Notes under the pieces: generated by a model
The model's input: the letters and a program-made list of their open reading frames with translations, nothing else
Told to the model about the DNA's origin: nothing
Databases searched by the model: none
Shown: positions 46,915 through 52,110 of the stretch, piece by piece
How positions within the stretch are numbered: the first letter of the stretch is position 1
How the letters are laid out: every line of letters begins with the position of its first letter
Position numbers and translations under genes: made by a program
DNA from: Bacteroidales bacterium
Lineage (GTDB): Bacteria; Bacteroidota; Bacteroidia; Bacteroidales; UBA7960
Reading direction: 5' to 3'
Assembly (NCBI GenBank): GCA_041686485.1
Contig: JAWLDT010000012.1
Location: 1-52,110 of the forward strand
Length of the DNA stretch: 52,110 nucleotides

Positions 46915-49338
46915 TTATTCCTGATCTGCCTGTTTTACATATTTATCAAACCAGTTCAGCCATTCCCAATGCATGTGCAGCACAGACTTCCGCGCCCTGT
47001 AGCCGTGACTTTCGTGCGGAAGCATAACCAGTCGGGCGGTAGCTCCGTGACCGCGAAGGGCATCATAATAGCGCTCGCTTTGCATGGGGAAGGTGCCGGA
47101 ATTGTTATCTTCTGAACCATGGATAAGCAGCATGGGTACCTCCATTTTGTCGGCATGCATAAAAGGGGACATGCTGTGATATAATTCCGGTGCCTGCCAG
47201 TATGTTCTTTCTTCGAGCTGGAAGCCAAAAGGTGTCAGGGTGCGGTTATAGGCACCGCTACGGGCTGCACCGCCTGCGAAAATATCGCTGTGTGTCAGGA
47301 GGTTTGCGGTCATAAAAGCGCCATAGGAATGGCCTGATACGCCTACCTTGTCAGGATCTGTTATACCCCTGTCAATCAGGGTGTTGATGGCTGCCTCACC
47401 ATTGGCGACCAGTTGTTCAATAAACGTATCGTTTGGTTCGCCATCATCTTCGGCCACCACCGGGAAGGACGCATTATTAAGAACGGCATATCCCTGTGTG
47501 GTAAGCATAACCACGGATGTTGGGCTCAGGCGGGTGTAGGTGTAGGGAGAACCGGAGACCTGTCCGGCGCCGTCCCTGGTCAGAAACTCCCGTGGGTAGG
47601 CCCACAGAATTGTCGGCAACGGTTCATCAACGCCGGGTTCAAAGCCTGCCGGCAAAAAGATCTCACCGGATAGCGGGACACCGTCTTCGCGCTCATAATG
47701 GATCATTTCTTTCTGTAGTTCCTGAAGTTGTGGAAATGGCTCAGGGAAGTCTGTTATTTGCGACAATTCATTCTCTTGCAGGTTGCGCAGGTAGAAGTTG
47801 GGCTGTTGGTCGACGGCTTCACGGCGCGTAAGCACCAGTTGTTCATCAGGATTTATGATACGTATTGGTTGCTCATAGTAAGGGGCTTCACTGCGCCATA
47901 GCCTGGTGGTTTCTTCTGTGTCGAGGTCGAAACGATCCACAAAAGGTCTGTTACCTTCCGGAGAGGCTCCCTGCCCGACGAGGTAGAGGTTCTGTTCGCT
48001 GTCGAACATCAACACGCTTCGGCCGTATTCATTCGATATTGTTTGCAGGTTTCCGGGGTCGCCGTACCTGTCTTCTGTGGATCTTTCCCTGATAAGGGTA
48101 AGCCCGGCTGCCGGATCGGCAGGATCAAAAGAGCTCAATTTGGCCATCCGCGAAGGGCGCCAGTATTCCCTGGCCAGGGCAAGTTCATTGTTACCCCATG
48201 CGATGCCGGCGTAACGGTAATTTGTTTTGAAGCCATCCACCGGGTCGCCGTCAAAAGGCGCTTCCAGAAAGAATGCCTGGTCGCGGTATTCTGCCTCGAC
48301 TTTTGGGTCGCCACCATCAAGTGCTTCAACCCAGTAAATTGTGGCCGGGGCATCATTGCGCCAGGATATGCTTCGCGGCCCTTCGCGCGTAGCTCCGAAT
48401 CCCTGCGGCATTTCTTCCGTAAGAGGGATGTCGGCAATGGTGCTTACGGGCTGTCCATCCAGATTGATAACTTCATACCGTTGAGCAAACCGGTAGAAGG
48501 GAACAATGTAGGAATATGGTTTGCGGAGGGTGGTAACCTGAATAAACCGGCCATCCGGAGATACACTGTATGAACGGATTACTGAGGGTTCCCAGATTTT
48601 CTCAGCATTACCCCGGAGGTCCGTTCTGTAGAGTTGTGTGGTGGTATAATGGTCAAACACCGCCTCATCATGTTTGTCGCTCAGCAAATCCTGGAAAGTC
48701 CGAACAGCTGCACGGCTGTCGGCGGTTTCCTGAACAGACGGCCCATCCGCCACCCTGGAGCGGGTTGGTGCGGGACCACGGTCTTCCGGGACAGCCGAAT
48801 AGATGATGGTCTCATTATCTGAGACCCAGCGAAAAGCCGTGCCCAACACGTCATTGATGACCGCTTCGGTGAGCTTGTCCGCATGGCCGGTTTCAATATC
48901 CAGTAACCATAGTTCGATGCCCATATCGGTGGTATGGGTAAAAGCAAGTTTGCTGGCGTCAGGAGACCAGCTTGTGTTTCTTATTTTTGGATCATCAGGC
49001 AGGCCGGTCACGTCCTGTTGGTTACTGCCATCAATATCCATCAGGGATAAGCCGGTATAATGCCTTCCGCGGCTTGGCCCGTTGGTGCGGGGGTTGAAAC
49101 GTATACCGCCGAGACGTATCTCCTCAACGGCTACCTCTTCCAGCGAGGGCACACCGGGAGTCTCCCGCAAAAGAATTTTACTGTTGTCAGGGCTGATGCT
49201 GACAGATGGTGTGGTAGGTGCATCTACCAGCTCAATAATTTCATCCGGTGGCTCCTGGTAGGTTACCTCATCCTGTGCAAACAGGGGAGGGGTGAACAGG
49301 ATGATACATACACTAAGCAGAAAAAAGATCGTTTTCAT
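46915..49338 (-). CDS. secreted S9-family serine peptidase (prolyl oligopeptidase/DPP type)
   Basis: Signal peptide MKTIFFLLSVCIILFTPPLFAQ, beta-propeller-length N-terminal region, GHSYGAFM nucleophile, and HGSEDNN and ESHGY catalytic-region motifs. Confidence 0.85.
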   Translation of the reverse strand: MKTIFFLLSVCIILFTPPLFAQDEVTYQEPPDEIIELVDAPTTPSVSISPDNSKILLRETPGVPSLEEVAVEEIRLGGIRFNPRTNGPSRGRHYTGLSLMDIDGSNQQDVTGLPDDPKIRNTSWSPDASKLAFTHTTDMGIELWLLDIETGHADKLTEAVINDVLGTAFRWVSDNETIIYSAVPEDRGPAPTRSRVADGPSVQETADSRAAVRTFQDLLSDKHDEAVFDHYTTTQLYRTDLRGNAEKIWEPSVIRSYSVSPDGRFIQVTTLRKPYSYIVPFYRFAQRYEVINLDGQPVSTIADIPLTEEMPQGFGATREGPRSISWRNDAPATIYWVEALDGGDPKVEAEYRDQAFFLEAPFDGDPVDGFKTNYRYAGIAWGNNELALAREYWRPSRMAKLSSFDPADPAAGLTLIRERSTEDRYGDPGNLQTISNEYGRSVLMFDSEQNLYLVGQGASPEGNRPFVDRFDLDTEETTRLWRSEAPYYEQPIRIINPDEQLVLTRREAVDQQPNFYLRNLQENELSQITDFPEPFPQLQELQKEMIHYEREDGVPLSGEIFLPAGFEPGVDEPLPTILWAYPREFLTRDGAGQVSGSPYTYTRLSPTSVVMLTTQGYAVLNNASFPVVAEDDGEPNDTFIEQLVANGEAAINTLIDRGITDPDKVGVSGHSYGAFMTANLLTHSDIFAGGAARSGAYNRTLTPFGFQLEERTYWQAPELYHSMSPFMHADKMEVPMLLIHGSEDNNSGTFPMQSERYYDALRGHGATARLVMLPHESHGYRARKSVLHMHWEWLNWFDKYVKQADQE

Positions 49339-49418
49339 GATTTTACATTTTGGTTAGATAAATTGCGCCCCCAAATTAGGAAGAAATCTGTAAACGACAA
49401 TATATTTATGGCGTCATT

Positions 49419-50210
49419 TTATATTCCCCTGTCGAAAAGTGGTTTCAGTAAATATACCCACAAAGCTGAAACGGCATAGGATATCAGGGTGCCCCACCAG
49501 AGGCCGAACAGGGGGAATACGGCGCCCACCATAAAGCTGTAAATAACAATGTTTGTGGAAGCCAGCAGCATCACTTTCCCTGTGGCACGGGCGAACGGAT
49601 AACCGGCTGACAGACTGAGGATGACCATTGTCGATAATATGGTAGCCGGAAATGCCGAGGAGAGGCCAGCCCAGAATGCAGACCCCGTGCGTCCGATGAT
49701 CACGGAAATGCCCACTACGCTACCTGCAAACACAGCCCTGAATAATAGTTGCCAAATCGTGTATCGCTTCTTTACCTTTGGGAGGGAGGGGATCTTCAGG
49801 ATTTTTTCTGCAATTAGATAGGTGCCGACAGCCCCGGTGAAATAGAGTAAAGTGTACAGAATGTGTCCATCTGCCTGCAATCTGGAAAATAAAAAGGCCA
49901 GCAAAAACCAGGTGGCCAGACCTGTTATCAATGCAACAGGCAGGCCACGCGGTATCAGGCTGATGAAGACATAAAGAAACATGGTGCTGAAAAACATACC
50001 CAGTGGTACATTGATGGCGGCCTGGGCGGCAAACTCGGGTGTTTGTGTAATGCCGATAAAAAGCAGCGAGACCAATATGGTAGAAGGCAGGTTGGCGATC
50101 ATCCCACCGGTCTTGGAACCCATCTTTTCCGATAGCATGGTAGCCAGTGTGATCCAGGTACCTGCGACAATTACGGACAATAAAAGCTGTTGCAAAAAAA
50201 GTGTTGACAT
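49419..50210 (-). CDS. polytopic membrane protein built from two homologous 4-TM halves (DUF3147-like)
   Basis: 263 aa, about 8 hydrophobic segments. GSKTGGMIANLPSTILVSL in the N-half parallels GSAFWAGLSSAFPATILSTM in the C-half. Confidence 0.6.
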   Translation of the reverse strand: MSTLFLQQLLLSVIVAGTWITLATMLSEKMGSKTGGMIANLPSTILVSLLFIGITQTPEFAAQAAINVPLGMFFSTMFLYVFISLIPRGLPVALITGLATWFLLAFLFSRLQADGHILYTLLYFTGAVGTYLIAEKILKIPSLPKVKKRYTIWQLLFRAVFAGSVVGISVIIGRTGSAFWAGLSSAFPATILSTMVILSLSAGYPFARATGKVMLLASTNIVIYSFMVGAVFPLFGLWWGTLISYAVSALWVYLLKPLFDRGI

Positions 50211-50379
50211 GGGCGTGAACTAAAACTCCGGCAAATGTAGGTATTTTCATTATTTTTGATGCAAAACCCAAAAAGCGATCGGTAGCATTTTCTTAATCTT
50301 ACAGAAATGTTTATTTTGGCGGCGGATTTAATATTCGATGAGCATCAATTAAACAGTAATCATCTTAAAACGATACAGC

Positions 50380-51696
50380 ATGAGAAAAGACACACCAATT
50401 CCGGCAGATGTTGTTGACAAGCATGTTGAACAGCTGGGCCTTGACAATGTTGGAAAGGCCTCCATTAGGGAAATAAAGCGGTTGGTTGACCTTATTGAGG
50501 AGGATACGGGTGAGCATTATGTGCGCATGGAGATGGGGATTCCCGGGTTGCAGCCATCTCCTCTGGGGGTTGCTGCAGAGAAAAAAGCTCTCGATGAAGG
50601 CGTGGCAGCTATATATCCCGATATTGATGGTACAAAAGGCCTCAAGAGGGAAATTTCACGTTTTGTCAAGCTCTTTATGAATATTGATGTTCAACCCAGG
50701 AGTTGTATTCCGACGGTTGGTTCGATGCAGGGCAGTTTCGCGACATTTTTAACAGCTTCCCGGGTGGACAAGAAAAAAGATACCGTACTGTTTCTGGATC
50801 CGGGTTTTCCTGTTCATAAGCAGCAATGCCGCGTGCAGGGCACTAAATTTGACAGCTTTGATGTGTATAACTACCGGGGTGAGAGACTTCGTGAGAAACT
50901 GGAGTCGCACCTGGCTGGCGGAAATGTGGCTGCTTTGTTGTATTCCAATCCGAACAATCCATCCTGGATCTGTTTTACGGAAACGGAGCTCCGGATAATT
51001 GGGGAACTTGCCAATAAATATGGGGTGATCGTCGTGGAAGACCTGGCCTATTTTGCCATGGATTTCCGCCAGGACTTGTCGAAGCCGGGTGAACCGCCTT
51101 ATCAGCCTTCTGTGGCTAACTATACTGACCAGTATGTACTGTTGATATCCAGCTCCAAAGCCTTTAGTTATGCAGGCCAGCGTATTGGTATGATGGTCAT
51201 CTCTGATAAGCTCTTTGAAAAACGTTCTAAGGACCTGCTGCCGTACTATGGCATGGAGCAATTTGGACGAGCCATGGTGTTTGGCACGGTGTATGCTCTC
51301 AGTTCAGGTACGTCGCATTCACCGCAATATGCCCTGGAAGCTATGCTGAAAGCCGCAAACGATGGTAAATACAATTTTGTGGAAGAGGTGAAAGAGTATG
51401 GTGAAAAGGCGAAGATCATGAAGAAGTTGTTTACGGACAACGGATTTCAGATCGTTTATGACAAAGATGAGGATAAACCCCTGGCTGACGGGTTCTATTT
51501 TACGATTTCATACCCTGGTTTTACGGGAGAGGAGTTGATAGAGGCCCTGGTGTATTATGGTATCAGTGCCATCTCTCTGGCGATTACCGGAAGCGAGCGT
51601 CTGGAGGGACTTCGTGCCTGTGTGTCGCTTGTAAGCAGAGACCAGTTTCCTGCTCTGGAGTACCGGCTGAAGAAGTTTCATGAGCATCATGGGTAG
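50380..51696 (+). CDS. class I/II PLP-dependent aminotransferase
   Basis: 438 aa. YSNPNNPS, VVEDLAY and SSSKAFSYAGQRIG (PLP lysine) motifs. Confidence 0.8.
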   Translation: MRKDTPIPADVVDKHVEQLGLDNVGKASIREIKRLVDLIEEDTGEHYVRMEMGIPGLQPSPLGVAAEKKALDEGVAAIYPDIDGTKGLKREISRFVKLFMNIDVQPRSCIPTVGSMQGSFATFLTASRVDKKKDTVLFLDPGFPVHKQQCRVQGTKFDSFDVYNYRGERLREKLESHLAGGNVAALLYSNPNNPSWICFTETELRIIGELANKYGVIVVEDLAYFAMDFRQDLSKPGEPPYQPSVANYTDQYVLLISSSKAFSYAGQRIGMMVISDKLFEKRSKDLLPYYGMEQFGRAMVFGTVYALSSGTSHSPQYALEAMLKAANDGKYNFVEEVKEYGEKAKIMKKLFTDNGFQIVYDKDEDKPLADGFYFTISYPGFTGEELIEALVYYGISAISLAITGSERLEGLRACVSLVSRDQFPALEYRLKKFHEHHG

Positions 51697-51790
51697 GGTG
51701 ATGAAGGTTGGAATGTCTAAAGGTCGAAAAGTCAAAAGGTCAAGAGGGTTAAGGGGTTGAATAAACGGGGGTAAGCTTTTTTGGTGTTTT
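51697..51790. repeat. purine-rich low-complexity trailer with degenerate 8-9-nt tandem units
   Basis: AAAGGTCG AAAAGTCA AAAGGTCA AGAGGGTTA AGGGGTTGA at about 51718-51760, starting 22 nt after the aminotransferase stop. Confidence 0.7.
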
Positions 51791-51899
51791 GTTTCAGTGG
51801 CAGGTGCTGCAATGATTTTGAAATAGGAGGTGTGAATTTTTTGTTCTTCTTGGGAAAAAATGTATTTTTGCACTTCCAAAATACAGCGTTCTTATTTTT

Positions 51900-52110
51900 G
51901 GAGAGGTGGGTGAGTGGCTGAAACCAGTCCCGTATGTACGGGACTAAACAGCCGTACCAATCTTTCTTTTCAAAGGATTGAGTCATTGAAGTTCTTTGTA
52001 TAATAGCCTACGGAGAGGTGGGTGAGTGGCTGAAACCAGTCCCGTATGTACGGGACTAAACAGCCGTACCAATCTTTCTTTTCAAAGGATTGAGTCATTG
52101 AAGTTCTTTG
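51900..52110 (+). repeat. two perfect 99-bp direct repeats (51900-51998, 52012-52110) with a tRNA-like 5' module; possible structured small RNA genes
   Basis: 99/99 identity, 13-bp spacer TATAATAGCCTAC, period 112. The unit starts GGAGAGGTGGGTGAGTGGCTGAAACC (class II tRNA acceptor/D-arm-like) but has no T-arm or 3' acceptor strand. The second copy ends exactly at the window end. Confidence 0.85.

Noticed and set aside
49720-50271. 183-aa ORF in another frame of the same strand as the duplicated-domain membrane protein
   Set aside because: Its translation is Cys/His/Arg-rich and non-hydrophobic with no motifs. The 263-aa frame gives a coherent 8-TM protein with internal repeat symmetry.
50749-51261. 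170-aa minus-strand ORF inside the aminotransferase gene
   Set aside because: It is an antisense shadow ORF. The plus-strand frame carries the PLP-lysine and aminotransferase motifs.
51508-51986. Minus-strand ORFs of 123 and 84 aa downstream of the aminotransferase
   Set aside because: They cover the low-complexity trailer and the tRNA-like repeat. Their translations are Lys/Phe-rich and featureless.
51900-52110. Possible tRNA genes or a CRISPR array at the window end
   Set aside because: Only the first 26 or so nt resemble a class II tRNA. There is no 7-nt anticodon loop, no T-arm and no complementary 3' acceptor strand within the 99-nt unit. A 99-bp repeat with a 13-bp spacer and only two copies is not CRISPR-like. 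It is kept as a repeat / possible ncRNA instead.

Overview
The window looks like a Bacteroidota chromosome segment. Evidence is the gldF/gldG gliding genes, a GYDIA-type GHMP kinase, TAnnTTTG promoter-like boxes and weak Shine-Dalgarno usage. It is almost fully coding. No integrase, transposase, CRISPR array, rRNA or canonical tRNA was seen.

Block 1 (132-11657, all minus strand) is a mevalonate-pathway operon: two GHMP kinases, diphosphomevalonate decarboxylase, class II HMG-CoA reductase and type-2 IPP isomerase. It is joined without a strand change to leucine-catabolic genes (acyl-CoA dehydrogenase, methylcrotonyl-CoA carboxylase alpha and beta, methylglutaconyl-CoA hydratase). No HMG-CoA synthase or lyase is present in the window.

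Block 2 (11730-27418) is a molybdenum-hydroxylase/purine-type island. It holds an SsnA-like amidohydrolase, an XdhD-like FeS-Moco fusion, YgfK-like, MocA and XdhA/XdhB. Two unusual fold-type II PLP enzymes and a secreted alpha/beta hydrolase sit among them.

Block 3 (27419-29267) is a small decaying islet. It holds a RelE/HigB-like toxin-antitoxin pair, a 110-bp duplicated fragment of the toxin gene, and an MscS gene with an in-frame internal deletion.

The rest is housekeeping or accessory metabolism: SSF symporter, M20 peptidase, GH3-family ligase, split saccharopine-pathway pair, purC, phoH, SAM hydrolase, a GldF-GldG fusion, DUF4340-like, dnaN, ABC-F, S9 peptidase, a duplicated-domain membrane protein and an aminotransferase.

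The most unusual non-coding signals are two. First, three purine-rich trailers with 7-8-nt tandem repeats lie just 3' of stop codons. Second, a perfect 99-bp tandem repeat with a tRNA-like 5' module runs off the window end.

All functional calls come from reading the translated ORFs for remembered family motifs. No database search was run.
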